This document shows, one piece after another, positions 1 to 10,014 of a DNA stretch of 64,000 nucleotides. Position numbers and translations under genes: made by a program. Numbering within the stretch: the stretch's first letter is position 1; the number at the start of each line of letters is the position of its first letter. Source of the stretch: a virus; IMG/VR virus record IMGVR_UViG_3300026290_000001. One strand, written 5' to 3'. A model generated the notes under the pieces. That model worked only from the letters and a program-made list of their open reading frames with translations. It was not told the DNA's origin and searched no databases.

Positions 1-1
1 T

Positions 2-130
2 ATAGAACATGTAATTAACGAACAAGACTTATATGATAATTGGATTAAAATATCAAGAATTAATGAAAATTATATGCTTGATGATTTAGAAGGTTGTTCA
101 TATCAACCATCAATAAAACTATTAAAATAA
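2..130 (+). CDS. 3' end of a gene truncated by the window start (hypothetical protein)
   Basis: Open frame from position 2 ending at TAA 128-130 (…QPSIKLLK*); no recognisable motif. Confidence 0.35.
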   Translation: MEHVINEQDLYDNWIKISRINENYMLDDLEGCSYQPSIKLLK

Positions 131-173
131 AATCACAGATTGGTAATGAAATTTAGAAAGGAGTAGAAATACA

Positions 174-1475
174 ATATTAGAAGTAATTTATAAAACAGAA
201 AAAGGTAGACTTGTTCATGGTGATAATATTGAAGCAATGAGAAAAATTAAAGAAAATTCAGTTGATAGTTGTATATCAGATTTTCCTTATGATTTATCAT
301 TTATGGGTAAGAAATGGGATACTACAGGAAATTTTTATGAGTGGTGTAAAGATCGAGCAGAACCATTATATAGAATAATTAAGCCGGGAGGTTATGTTTG
401 TATCTTTGGGCATCCTAAAACTAATCACAGAATGAAGTCAGCTTTTGAAGATGTAGGGTTTAATATAGTTGAAGAAATTGATTGGGTTTATGGAACTGGT
501 TTTCCTAAGAATCAAGATATAGGAAAATTGTTTGATAAGAAAGCAGGAGCAGAAAGAGAAATTGTTGGATATTTAGATAGAAATGATAGAAAATTACCTA
601 GTGGCGAAGGTGGTACTCATGGTACGGCACATCAAGATTATTGTAATAATGGTAGAGAAACTATAAATTTATCAATTACTGCACCAGCTACAAATCAAGC
701 AAAGAAATGGGATGGATGGAAAACATCAGGATTAAAACCAGCACATGAACCAATTACTGTATTTCAAAAACCATTGGAAGGTACTTATATAAATAATATA
801 AATACATATGGTGTTGGTGGAATGAATATTAATGCTTGTAGGATAGAACATAATGAACCTATTAAAACAACAAATAGAAAACCAAGAAGTGCTACATGGA
901 ATATGGACACTTGTGGATTTGATAGCACAAACAATACTGTTGCTAGTGCTGATCCAAATGGCAGATTCCCTGCTAATATGATATTTGATTCTTCTATGGG
1001 AGAAGTATTAGATAATCAGAGTGGAATTAGTAAGTCAACGGGTGGAAGTGGAGATAAGAGCAAAGGTGCTTTAGGGGATAGTGTTTATGGAAAATATAAA
1101 AATGAAGAATTATCAGCTAATGCAGGAGGATTAGGAGATTCAAGTGGTGCTAGTAGATATTTCTTAAAGATAGATGCAGAAGATTTTGTACCATTTTTAT
1201 ATTGTCCTAAAGCATCTAAAAAAGAAAAAGGCGAAGGGAATACTCATGTAACTGTTAAACCTAAAGAATTAATAAAATGGCTCATTAAATTAGTTACACC
1301 TATAAATGGAAAAACAATTGATATTACTGCTGGTTCTGGTACACATGGTTTGGCTTGTGAAGAACTTAATAAGAATGAAGGTTATAATCTAAGATGGATT
1401 GATATTGAATTATTAAATACAGAGAAAGAACCTTATTGTGAAATTGCAATGAATAGAATTAAAAATGTAATATAA
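174..1475 (+). CDS. DNA methyltransferase, beta-class amino-MTase (N6A/N4C), motif IV variant DFPY; probable ATA start
   Basis: Track ORF 237..1475; motif IV-like SVDSCISDFPYD near N-terminus, motif I-like DITAGSGT near C-terminus; N-terminal homology (ILEVIYK…GDNIEAM) runs upstream of ATG 237 to in-frame ATA 174, 10 nt after AAAGGAG. Confidence 0.7.
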   Translation: MLEVIYKTEKGRLVHGDNIEAMRKIKENSVDSCISDFPYDLSFMGKKWDTTGNFYEWCKDRAEPLYRIIKPGGYVCIFGHPKTNHRMKSAFEDVGFNIVEEIDWVYGTGFPKNQDIGKLFDKKAGAEREIVGYLDRNDRKLPSGEGGTHGTAHQDYCNNGRETINLSITAPATNQAKKWDGWKTSGLKPAHEPITVFQKPLEGTYINNINTYGVGGMNINACRIEHNEPIKTTNRKPRSATWNMDTCGFDSTNNTVASADPNGRFPANMIFDSSMGEVLDNQSGISKSTGGSGDKSKGALGDSVYGKYKNEELSANAGGLGDSSGASRYFLKIDAEDFVPFLYCPKASKKEKGEGNTHVTVKPKELIKWLIKLVTPINGKTIDITAGSGTHGLACEELNKNEGYNLRWIDIELLNTEKEPYCEIAMNRIKNVI

Positions 1476-1606
1476 AAATATACAGAAAAATACAAATATA
1501 CATACTATATATAGTGGCATTAAGCAATTCATACCACAATATATAGAAAAATATTTGAATAAAATTCGGGTTTTGTCACAAAATTATTAAATAGAAAGGA
1601 GAATAT

Positions 1607-1867
1607 ATGAAAAAAATAAAATATTACTGTGACAAATGTAATAAAGAAATCCAAAAGGAAGATATTATTAAAAAAGAAATACCTACTATAGATAAAATTG
1701 AAGCAAGAGGTGGTAAGGGTAATCCTACCCCTGTATTATTAGTATTTGAAAACTTAGTTATGGATGAATATGAGTTATGCAAAAATTGTGCAGATTCATA
1801 TGAAATATTACATAATTATTTCTTAACTTTACTTGCAAAACAATGGTCTAAAGTAAATACCAAATAA
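1607..1867 (+). CDS. small zinc-ribbon protein (hypothetical)
   Basis: RBS AAAGGAG then ATG; two CxxC pairs (CDKC…CKNC). Confidence 0.5.
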   Translation: MKKIKYYCDKCNKEIQKEDIIKKEIPTIDKIEARGGKGNPTPVLLVFENLVMDEYELCKNCADSYEILHNYFLTLLAKQWSKVNTK

Positions 1868-1905
1868 TGCTTTCATAAAAACTAAAAAATAAGGAGAATA
1901 AATAT

Positions 1906-2340
1906 ATGAAAACTTTACTATTAATCTTAGGAATTATAATTCTAATTTCAAAGAAAAAGGCTATTCCAAATATTTTTAAATCTAAAGAAGTTAAGAGAAA
2001 AATGGCAGAAAAAATGTTTGATGAATTACCAGATAAGGCAAAGGAGTTACATATTGATCTTACCACATTAAAAGGCTTGTTAATTATATTTTTAGGTCTA
2101 TTTTGCTTGTTGTATATAATTTTTTATTTATTATCAGCAATATTTATTAATACCTTCGTATTCACTGTAATATCAATTCTATTAATGTTTCTTACAGTTA
2201 AAACTTTAAGTAATTTTCTAAAAGGTTTTGATAATACCGGAAATATAAAAGTAGAAAGTGTTGCATTTAGTATATTTAATATTATTGTTGATTTAGGATA
2301 CATAGGATATGTGTTTTTCAATATATATAAGATGTGGTAA
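1906..2340 (+). CDS. hypothetical membrane protein
   Basis: RBS AAGGAG; several strongly hydrophobic segments. Confidence 0.45.
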   Translation: MKTLLLILGIIILISKKKAIPNIFKSKEVKRKMAEKMFDELPDKAKELHIDLTTLKGLLIIFLGLFCLLYIIFYLLSAIFINTFVFTVISILLMFLTVKTLSNFLKGFDNTGNIKVESVAFSIFNIIVDLGYIGYVFFNIYKMW

Positions 2341-2387
2341 AACATCATAGAATAACGGTTTGGTGCAAAGTGAGGTGAAATTATTAA

Positions 2388-2552
2388 ATGACTTTTGGAT
2401 TTACTTATTTTATCTCTAAAAGGGATAAAAGCGCAGAAAGAATAATTAATATTGAAGCAGAGTCGGAAGAACAGGCATTTGATAAATACATAAAGTTTTT
2501 AAGTGAGCATCATATGGTTATGGGTGAATCACTTGGAGAAAAGTTAAAATAA
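2388..2552 (+). CDS. small hypothetical protein (54 aa), absent from the ORF track
   Basis: ATG 2388 after GTGAGGTGA RBS-like sequence; fills the gap between flanking genes. Confidence 0.3.
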   Translation: MTFGFTYFISKRDKSAERIINIEAESEEQAFDKYIKFLSEHHMVMGESLGEKLK

Positions 2553-2607
2553 AAACAACACAAAAAATCAATTTGGTTCAAACTTTTACAAAAAACACAA
2601 TATAAAA

Positions 2608-3378
2608 ATGAAAGGAGAATTAGTATATAAGTTGCAATTATACTATAAAGATGAATACATAAGATTATTTCAAGGTGATTGTTTAGAAGTAATGGATAGG
2701 TTAATTGAGAAAGGTGTTAAATTTGATGCAATAATTACTGATCCTCCTTACGGGACTACAGCTTGTAAATGGGATAGTATCATACCATTTGATAGTATGT
2801 GGGAAAGATTAAATAAGTTAATAAAGGATAATAGTGCAATAGTTTTATTTGGTAGTGAACCATTTAGTAGTCATTTAAGAGTAAGTAATATTAAAAATTT
2901 TAAATATGATTGGATATGGAATAAAAAGAAGGGAGGAAGTCCTTTACTTTCTAAAATACAACCAATAAAAATATTTGAAATTATATCTGTTTTTGGGAAA
3001 GGGAAAATAAATTATTATCCAGTAATGGTTGATAGAGATAAACCTAAATCAAGGGGTAAGAATAGAGGAACTATTAGTGATACAACAAATAATTGTTTTT
3101 CAGAAGATAAGATTTATACGCAATATTATCCTAAAGCAATTATAGAATTTTCAAATGCTAGTCAAAAAAATAAATTTCACCCAACTCAAAAACCAGTGGA
3201 GCTAATGGAATATCTTATTAACACATATACACAAGAGAATGAAATTATATTAGATTTTACTTGCGGTTCTGGTACAACATTATTAGCATCAAGAAATCTT
3301 AAAAGAAAATGTATCGGTATTGAATTGGAAGAAAAATATTGTGAAATAACTAAACAAAGATTAGAAAAAGCAAGTTAA
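2608..3378 (+). CDS. DNA methyltransferase, beta-class (DPPY)
   Basis: Motif IV AIITDPPYG, motif I DFTCGSGTT, TQKP motif; ATG 2608 overlaps the AAAGGAGAA RBS, so in-frame TTG 2632 may be the true start. Confidence 0.8.
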   Translation: MKGELVYKLQLYYKDEYIRLFQGDCLEVMDRLIEKGVKFDAIITDPPYGTTACKWDSIIPFDSMWERLNKLIKDNSAIVLFGSEPFSSHLRVSNIKNFKYDWIWNKKKGGSPLLSKIQPIKIFEIISVFGKGKINYYPVMVDRDKPKSRGKNRGTISDTTNNCFSEDKIYTQYYPKAIIEFSNASQKNKFHPTQKPVELMEYLINTYTQENEIILDFTCGSGTTLLASRNLKRKCIGIELEEKYCEITKQRLEKAS

Positions 3379-3505
3379 ATATAAAAACAGCATAAAATTC
3401 TAGTTTGGTTCAAAAATAGACGCCTAAAGATTGGGATTCTTAGAGTATGGATTTTTCAAAATAATTATTAAAATAAAAATATAAATATTGGAGGTAAATA
3501 TATAA

Positions 3506-4345
3506 TTGATAGAATTAAATAATTTTTATATAGGGGAATCTGTTAATTTTATGCGTAAAAATATTCCTGATAATTTTGTAGATTTAACAGTTACAAGTCC
3601 ACCTTATGATGATTTAAGAAAATATAATGGATTTATTTTTGATTATGAAACAATTTTTAAAGAACTTTTTAGAATAACTAAAAATGGTGGAATTGTTGTA
3701 TGGATAATAGGAGATAAGACAGAAAAAGGAACGGAAAGTCTAACAAGTTTTAAACATGCTTTAAGTGCTAAAAATATAGGATTTAATGTTCATGATACAA
3801 TGATATGGTTAAAACCTAATCCAACACCAACTGATCCTAAATGTTTAAGATATTATAATGCTTTTGAATACATGTTCGTTTTTTCTAAAGGAAAACCAAA
3901 AACATGTAATTATATAAAAGAAAAATCTAAAAATACAGGTAAAGAATTTGGTTCAGCTCCAATGAAAAGAGTAGATGGAACTAACAGAGATGACAGAACT
4001 GAAAAGTTAAAGGGTATAAAAATAAAAGACTATAAAATTAAAAGTAATGTATGGGAATGTGCTATAGGTTCAGGGGTATCTAAAGATAAAATTGCTTTTA
4101 AACATCCAGCAATTTTCCCTGAAAAATTAGTTGAAGATCACATAATTTCTTGGACTAATAAAAATGATATTGTACTAGACCCTATGTGTGGTTCGGGTAC
4201 AACGTGCAAAATGGCATGGTTAAACAAGCGTAATTTTATTGGAATTGATATGAGTGAAGAATACATAAATAACATTTGTATACCAAGATTAAATACATAT
4301 GGTTGGGAACAGAATAAAGAAAACGTATTTCAAGATTGCCTATAA
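3506..4345 (+). CDS. DNA methyltransferase, SPPY type (N4-cytosine-like or N6-adenine)
   Basis: TTG start 9 nt after GGAGG; TVTSPPYDDLRKYNG and DPMCGSGTT; paralog of 8521..9323. Confidence 0.8.
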   Translation: MIELNNFYIGESVNFMRKNIPDNFVDLTVTSPPYDDLRKYNGFIFDYETIFKELFRITKNGGIVVWIIGDKTEKGTESLTSFKHALSAKNIGFNVHDTMIWLKPNPTPTDPKCLRYYNAFEYMFVFSKGKPKTCNYIKEKSKNTGKEFGSAPMKRVDGTNRDDRTEKLKGIKIKDYKIKSNVWECAIGSGVSKDKIAFKHPAIFPEKLVEDHIISWTNKNDIVLDPMCGSGTTCKMAWLNKRNFIGIDMSEEYINNICIPRLNTYGWEQNKENVFQDCL

Positions 4346-4419
4346 ATTGGGCTTTATAATCTATAAAATCATTACCAAATTTGAGTTTGGTTCAAAGTTA
4401 TAGAAAGGAGAAATTATAA

Positions 4420-5256
4420 ATTATCAATACATATTATAAAAATAAATATGCAAGGATATATCAATGTGACAATTTAGAATTATTAAAACAATTACCAAAT
4501 GAATACATAGATTTAATTTATTGTGATATTTTATACAACACTGGTAAGAAATTTAAGGATTATGATGATCAATTAGGCACAACACAAGAAGCAATTAAAT
4601 GGTATAAACCAAGATTAATAGAAATGAAAAGAGTATTAAAGGAAACAGGATCAATTTATTTACATATGGATTTTAGATTAATACATTATTTAAAAGTAAA
4701 AATGGATGAAATATTTCAATTAAATAATTTTAGAAATGAGATTATATGGGATAAAGGATTTAGGGGTACGGAGCAAAAAGAGTTTTATCAACATTCGCAT
4801 GATTCAATATTATTTTATACAAAAACTAATAACTACATATGGAATAAAGTTTTTTGTGAATATGCTGATAAAAATATGAGTAGGTATAATAAAACTGATG
4901 AAGATGGAAATAAATATGCTTTAATTAAAAGAAAAAGAACAGACGGAAGTGTTTATTATGGCAAAACATATCCACAATCAGAAGGAAAGAAAGCAGACGA
5001 TGTATTTAGAGATATAAAAACTTTTTCATCAACAGCTAAAGAAAGAATTGGTTATGATACTCAAAAACCAAAGGCATTATTAGAACGTATTATTAAAGCA
5101 TCTTCTAATGAAGGAGATATAGTAGCAGACTTCTTTATGGGATCAGGCACTACTGGCGAAGTGGCATTAGAATTAGGTCGTAAATTTATTGGTTGTGATA
5201 TTGGGGAAAGGGCATGTGAGATTACTAAAAATAGATTAGATAAAATTATAATATAA
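4420..5256 (+). CDS. DNA methyltransferase homolog with degenerate motif IV (DILY); start uncertain (ATT 4420) or pseudogene
   Basis: Track ORF 4624..5256 has TQKP and DFFMGSGTT; upstream in-frame sequence ([31 protein letters not shown]) is clearly MTase N-terminus; no ATG/GTG/TTG between TAA 4417-4419 and 4624; ATT 4420 lies 9 nt after AAAGGAG. Confidence 0.55.
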   Translation: MINTYYKNKYARIYQCDNLELLKQLPNEYIDLIYCDILYNTGKKFKDYDDQLGTTQEAIKWYKPRLIEMKRVLKETGSIYLHMDFRLIHYLKVKMDEIFQLNNFRNEIIWDKGFRGTEQKEFYQHSHDSILFYTKTNNYIWNKVFCEYADKNMSRYNKTDEDGNKYALIKRKRTDGSVYYGKTYPQSEGKKADDVFRDIKTFSSTAKERIGYDTQKPKALLERIIKASSNEGDIVADFFMGSGTTGEVALELGRKFIGCDIGERACEITKNRLDKIII

Positions 5257-5308
5257 AAACATGACAAAAACTATGTTTTATTTAGATTTTAAAAGAAAGG
5301 AGAAACAT

Positions 5309-5614
5309 ATGAAATTTATTAAAGATATTTCTAATATTATAATATTGCAAAATGATCATTGTAAATTTGAAATCAGAAGTGTACAAGGATTTAATGAAGA
5401 TGAAAATAAAATAATCTTAAAATGTGCCGAAGATATATCAGAGTTTAAAAAAGGTTATGTTTGTGATATGGAATGTCATTTTCCATTAGTTGAAAATGAT
5501 GGAGTTGAAGTTGGTGAAAGAATTGATACGATTCGAGACTTGGTATTGGTTTATATCAATAAAGATATTCAAATGGAATATGCCCCTAGTTTTGAATATG
5601 TATTTTATAAATAA
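5309..5614 (+). CDS. hypothetical protein
   Basis: Track ORF 5261..5614; ATG 5309 preceded by AAAGGAGAA is the likelier start. Confidence 0.5.
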   Translation: MKFIKDISNIIILQNDHCKFEIRSVQGFNEDENKIILKCAEDISEFKKGYVCDMECHFPLVENDGVEVGERIDTIRDLVLVYINKDIQMEYAPSFEYVFYK

Positions 5615-5659
5615 TAAAACAAAATTTCGATTTTATAACGATTTTAAAAGGAGGATATT

Positions 5660-5890
5660 ATGTTTAAAAAAATTAAAGTTAGAGAATTTTTAGAAGAAGT
5701 TTGCGGAGCAAAAGTTGATTGGATTTCTGGTAATGTAATTAAAGTAAATGAACATTATATTTATTTAGATAAAAAGAAATTTATTTTAAATTATGATTGG
5801 CATTTTTATGGAACAAAAAGAGATATATTAAAAACACTAAAAGAATATGGGTTTGTGATTAAAAAGAAATTACAGTTAAATTATTATTAG
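5660..5890 (+). CDS. hypothetical protein
   Basis: RBS AAAGGAGG then ATG. Confidence 0.5.
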   Translation: MFKKIKVREFLEEVCGAKVDWISGNVIKVNEHYIYLDKKKFILNYDWHFYGTKRDILKTLKEYGFVIKKKLQLNYY

Positions 5891-5906
5891 AAACGAAAGG
5901 AGAAAT

Positions 5907-6047
5907 ATGCATACTGAACTAACAGAGGATCAACTTAAACTAATAAAAAAGTATGGGGAAATTAATCCACCACATCATACTATTGAAGAAATTGAAGAAG
6001 CATTGAAAAAATCATCTGAAATTAAAATAAAATTACAAGAAAAATAA
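5907..6047 (+). CDS. small hypothetical protein (46 aa), absent from the ORF track
   Basis: AAAGGAGAAAT then ATG 5907, stop TAA 6045-6047. Confidence 0.3.
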   Translation: MHTELTEDQLKLIKKYGEINPPHHTIEEIEEALKKSSEIKIKLQEK

Positions 6048-6165
6048 ATATCGTGATAAAATCTCTATTTGGTGCAGAAATGGATGGCTATATATTGGGA
6101 TTTGTGGGGCTATAAATTTTGAAAATAAAAACAAAAAATAAAGATAGGAGGTAAATATATAAAAT

Positions 6166-7158
6166 TTGCTTGAATTGAATAAAATATATAATGAAGATTG
6201 TATAATCGGCATGAAAAAATTATTAAAAGATGGTTACAAAAATACTTTTGATTTTATAGAAATTGATCCACCTTATAATATAGGCAAAGATAAATGGGAT
6301 AAATTTAAAAACCATCAAACATATTTAAATTTTATTAATGAAGTTATAAGTTTATCTAATGAATTAATGAGCGATAATGGAACCTTATTTTTATGGCATA
6401 ATAATATCGAGGTGTTATCAGATTTTATTAAATTAATTAATACTACAGATTTAAAATTAATGCAATTATGTATATGGAATAAATATTATAAATATAATGA
6501 TGACGGTAATTTGAATAATCAATACGGATTTTTAAATGGATTTATTCAAAGTGATTTAAATAGGAATTATCAAAAAATGTGCGAATATATTTTATATTAC
6601 ACTAAACAAAACGAAGAATTAACTGAATATAATGAAAAAGACCCATTTAAATCACTAAAGGAATATTTTTTTAATGCCCAAAAATCTTCTGGTTTATCAA
6701 GAAATAAAATTAATCAAATATTGGGGCATAGACAATCTGAGCATACTTTTTATACTAAAACTCAATGGACTTTTCCAACAGAAGAAACATATTTAGAATT
6801 ACAAAATATAATGAATCTACCTATCCCTTATAATGATTTAAAAAATACATATGAAACAATGAGATATACATATAATTCAGAGAAAAACAATTATCGAAGT
6901 TGTATTTGGAATTACCCGATAAGTAAAGAATCAAAACACAAGACAGAGAAACCGTTACAATTGTATTATGATTTATATGAAATACATACAAAAAATAATA
7001 GTAAATGTTTATTCCCGTTTGTGGGTAGTGGTAATAATATTTTAAGTTTATTTAAAATAAATAATTTTGATGGAGGGAAACGAGAGTTTGTAGGTTTTGA
7101 AACTGACAAAACATGGTTTACTTATATAAATGAAAAAATAGATTTAAGAATCCCGTAA
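6166..7158 (+). CDS. DNA methyltransferase, beta-class (DPPY)
   Basis: TTG start after AGGAGG; FIEIDPPYNIGKDKWD and FPFVGSGNN. Confidence 0.8.
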   Translation: MLELNKIYNEDCIIGMKKLLKDGYKNTFDFIEIDPPYNIGKDKWDKFKNHQTYLNFINEVISLSNELMSDNGTLFLWHNNIEVLSDFIKLINTTDLKLMQLCIWNKYYKYNDDGNLNNQYGFLNGFIQSDLNRNYQKMCEYILYYTKQNEELTEYNEKDPFKSLKEYFFNAQKSSGLSRNKINQILGHRQSEHTFYTKTQWTFPTEETYLELQNIMNLPIPYNDLKNTYETMRYTYNSEKNNYRSCIWNYPISKESKHKTEKPLQLYYDLYEIHTKNNSKCLFPFVGSGNNILSLFKINNFDGGKREFVGFETDKTWFTYINEKIDLRIP

Positions 7159-7211
7159 TATTGGGATTCTTAAACCCAAAAATCAACACCAAACTTCGGT
7201 TTGGTTCAAAG
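7149..7211 (+). promoter_or_regulatory. copy of the repeated intergenic module (GC-stem hairpin, AAAATCA…AAAC box, TTTGGTTCAAA box)
   Basis: ATCCCGTAATATTGGGAT hairpin overlapping the upstream stop, then AAAAATCAACACCAAAC, then TTTGGTTCAAA ~10 nt before the RBS. Confidence 0.35.
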
Positions 7212-7232
7212 TTATAGGAAGGAGAAAATAAT

Positions 7233-7427
7233 ATGTTTGATTGTAGATTCGCTAAAAGTATTCTATTGGATAAAAATGAAGATGATACTTATCATATGAC
7301 AATAAAAGGAGATATTTATAATCTTGATCCTGAAGCGGAAATTGATTTTTCTAGAGTGAAAATTATTAATTTTGATATTGAGGCATTAGCAACAACTGGG
7401 ACAATATGTAAAATAAAAATAATATAA
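7233..7427 (+). CDS. hypothetical protein
   Basis: GGAAGGAGAA RBS then ATG. Confidence 0.4.
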   Translation: MFDCRFAKSILLDKNEDDTYHMTIKGDIYNLDPEAEIDFSRVKIINFDIEALATTGTICKIKII

Positions 7428-7521
7428 AATTTTTGTTTGGTTAAGAAATTTATAATTATTATAGGGATTGATTTTACCATAATTTTAATATATAATAAAA
7501 ATAAAAACGGAGGTTTTATAT

Positions 7522-7692
7522 ATGGCGATTAAATTAGAATGTGATAAAATCATTCCAAAGTGTAGTGATTGTAAATATAATAAGGATTATTCTTCTTGGC
7601 AACATAAAATTCCTTGTGGAAAACAATTCTGTGTATATGGTTGTAATGTATGTAAAAATCCATGTGATGCAAAGGAGAATATGTCTTGGTAA
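7522..7692 (+). CDS. small cysteine-rich protein (56 aa, 10 Cys), absent from the ORF track
   Basis: RBS ACGGAGG then ATG 7522; stop 7690-7692. Confidence 0.35.
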   Translation: MAIKLECDKIIPKCSDCKYNKDYSSWQHKIPCGKQFCVYGCNVCKNPCDAKENMSW

Positions 7693-7720
7693 AAATTAAT
7701 ATTAATAAAGGAGTTATAGT

Positions 7721-8461
7721 TTGTATAAATCGCCTCTTAGATATCCAGGAGGTAAAAGCAGGGCGATAAAAATAATTATCGAGTATTTTCCGAAAAGTAT
7801 AAAAGTTATGAGTTCTCATTTTGTAGGAGGAGGATCAATTGAACTTTATTTATCTGAAAATAATAAAATAATTGCGTATGATAATTTCGATCTGCTTATT
7901 AACTTTTGGAATCAATTAAAATATAAAAATAAAAATTTACATAATACAATATTAAAATATTACCCGTTAACAAAAGAACAATTTTTAGATATACAAAAAA
8001 ATATTTATAATTCAGATGATGAAGTTGAAATGGCCGCTAAATTTTATGTTTTAAATAGATGTAGTTTTTCAGGTAGTACATTAAGCGGTGGAATGTCACT
8101 AAATCATCCAAGATTTAATATTAATTTAATACATAAACTTCAGGAAGTAAATTTAAAAAATATTGAGTTTATTTGTATGGATTTCAAAGAATCAATATTA
8201 TTACATCAAAATAATTTTAAGTATTTAGACCCACCCTATTATATTGAAAATAATTTATATGGAGTAAAAGGAGGGTTACATAAAAATTTCGATCATATTG
8301 GTTTGAATGGTATTTTAAAACAATCATCTAATTGGGTATTAAGTTACAATGATTGTGAATACATAAGAAAACTTTATGAAGGATGCAAAATAATACAAGT
8401 TGATTGGAAATACGGAATGAGTAAAGATAAAAAATCTAATGAAATTCTTATAATAAATTAG
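7721..8461 (+). CDS. Dam-like N6-adenine DNA methyltransferase (D12 class)
   Basis: TTG start after AAAGGAG; N-terminal LRYPGGKSR and later FKYLDPPYY, the Dam-family motif order. Confidence 0.8.
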   Translation: MYKSPLRYPGGKSRAIKIIIEYFPKSIKVMSSHFVGGGSIELYLSENNKIIAYDNFDLLINFWNQLKYKNKNLHNTILKYYPLTKEQFLDIQKNIYNSDDEVEMAAKFYVLNRCSFSGSTLSGGMSLNHPRFNINLIHKLQEVNLKNIEFICMDFKESILLHQNNFKYLDPPYYIENNLYGVKGGLHKNFDHIGLNGILKQSSNWVLSYNDCEYIRKLYEGCKIIQVDWKYGMSKDKKSNEILIIN

Positions 8462-8520
8462 TAATATAAAAACAATATAAATATTTGGTTTGGTCATGAA
8501 ATATGAAAGGAGATTATATT

Positions 8521-9323
8521 TGATAGAATTAAATAATTTTTACATAGGCGAGTCTGTTAATTTTATGCGTTACAATATTCCAGACAACTACATTGATTTA
8601 ACTATTACTTCACCACCTTATGATGATTTAAGAAAATATAATGGATTTATATTTGATTATCAAAGTATGTTTAAGGAATTATATAGAGTTACTAAAGACG
8701 GTGGAATTGTAGTTTGGGTAGTAGGAGATAAAACTGAAAATGGTAGTGAAACATTAACAAGTTTTAAACATGCTTTATATGCTAAAGAAATCGGTTTTAA
8801 TGTTCACGATACACAAATTTATTATAAGAATAATCCTATACCAACAACAGGCAATAGATATCATCAACACTTTGAATATATGTTCGTATTTAGCAAGAAT
8901 AAACCAAGGGTATTTAATCCAATCAAGGAAGATTGTAAATATAGTGGTTTGGCTAATATGAAAAATAGAGGCAAGGATGGTTCATTAAATTATACTAAAA
9001 TTGAAAGAACTAAAGATAAAAAGGTAGGTAATGTTTTCTTTTATTCTATTGGAGGGGGTATTACTACTAAAGATAAAATTGCTTATAGTCATCCTGCGTT
9101 GTTTCCAGATAAATTAGCCGAAGATCAAATAATAACTTGGAGCAATAAAGAAGATATTATTTTTGACCCAATGTGCGGTAGTGGTACTACTTGTAAAATG
9201 GCATGGTTAAATAAAAGAAATTTTATTGGAATTGATATAAGTGAAGAATATATAAATGATATTTGTATACCTAGACTAAATATATATGGTTGGCAACAAA
9301 AGCAAAATATAAAAATATCATAA
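8521..9323 (+). CDS. DNA methyltransferase, SPPY type; paralog of 3506..4345
   Basis: Track ORF 8490..9323; the ATG lies upstream of the AAAGGAGA RBS, so TTG 8521 is the probable start; TITSPPYDDLRKYNG, DPMCGSGTTCKMAWLNKRNFIGID. Confidence 0.8.
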
Positions 9324-9428
9324 AATAAAAATCCCAATTTCTAGGGATTTACAAAACTCAAAAACATGATCAAAACTTCGTTTTGTTACATCAATAAAAC
9401 AATAAAATAAATTAAGGAGGGAAATAAA

Positions 9429-9884
9429 ATAGCGGATTTTGATAACAATAGATTTGCTTCAAAAAATCAAGAGTACGCAACACCTTGGGAATTATTTAAT
9501 AAGATAAATGAAGAATTTAATTTTACCTTAGATGTGTGTGCAGATGAAAATAATCATAAAGTTGATACATATTTTACGGAAGAACAAAATGCTCTTATCC
9601 AAAATTGGAAAGGAGTATGTTGGATGAATCCACCTTATAAGGATATGAAAAAATGGGTTATAAAAGCATACGAAGAATCAGTTAAAAATGATAGTATTGT
9701 GGTTTGTTTAATTCCAGCAAGAACTAATACCAAATGGTGGCATGAGTATTGCATGAAAGGTGAAATAAGATTTATTAAAGGTAGACCAAAATTTGAAGGA
9801 TGTATTCATGGTTTACCACAACCATTAGCAATTGTTGTTTTTGGAAAAGAATATAAAAATACATATGGTTCATTAGCAATTTAG
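9429..9884 (+). CDS. phage-type N6-adenine DNA methyltransferase (NPPY); probable ATA start
   Basis: Track ORF 9534..9884 (GTG) carries VCWMNPPYK; upstream in-frame ADFDNNRFASKNQEYATPWELFNKINEEFNFTLDVCAD is the family N-terminus; frame opens at 9411; ATA 9429 is 8 nt after AAGGAGG. Confidence 0.7.
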   Translation: MADFDNNRFASKNQEYATPWELFNKINEEFNFTLDVCADENNHKVDTYFTEEQNALIQNWKGVCWMNPPYKDMKKWVIKAYEESVKNDSIVVCLIPARTNTKWWHEYCMKGEIRFIKGRPKFEGCIHGLPQPLAIVVFGKEYKNTYGSLAI

Positions 9885-9910
9885 TAAAAATATCAAGCAA
9901 ACAATGATAT

Positions 9911-9955
9911 ATAGGCATTTTCAACTTATCACAAATGCCTATATATTGGGCTTTT
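9911..9955 (+). terminator. perfect 10-bp stem hairpin followed by a short T-run, candidate intrinsic terminator
   Basis: ATAGGCATTT (9911-9920), 12-nt loop, AAATGCCTAT (9933-9942), then ATATTGGGCTTTTAC. Confidence 0.35.
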
Positions 9956-10014
9956 ACAAAAATCATTACCAAAATATCATTTTATATTAATTAGAAAGGA
10001 GAAACAAAATATAA

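Noticed and set aside
8490-8520. Upstream ATG starts proposed by the ORF track (8490, 5261, 13536, 21881, 39988)
   Set aside because: In each case the Shine-Dalgarno sequence lies downstream of that ATG and a better-spaced in-frame start follows it (TTG 8521, ATG 5309, ATG 13599, ATG 21893, ATG 40003), so the shorter products are more likely.
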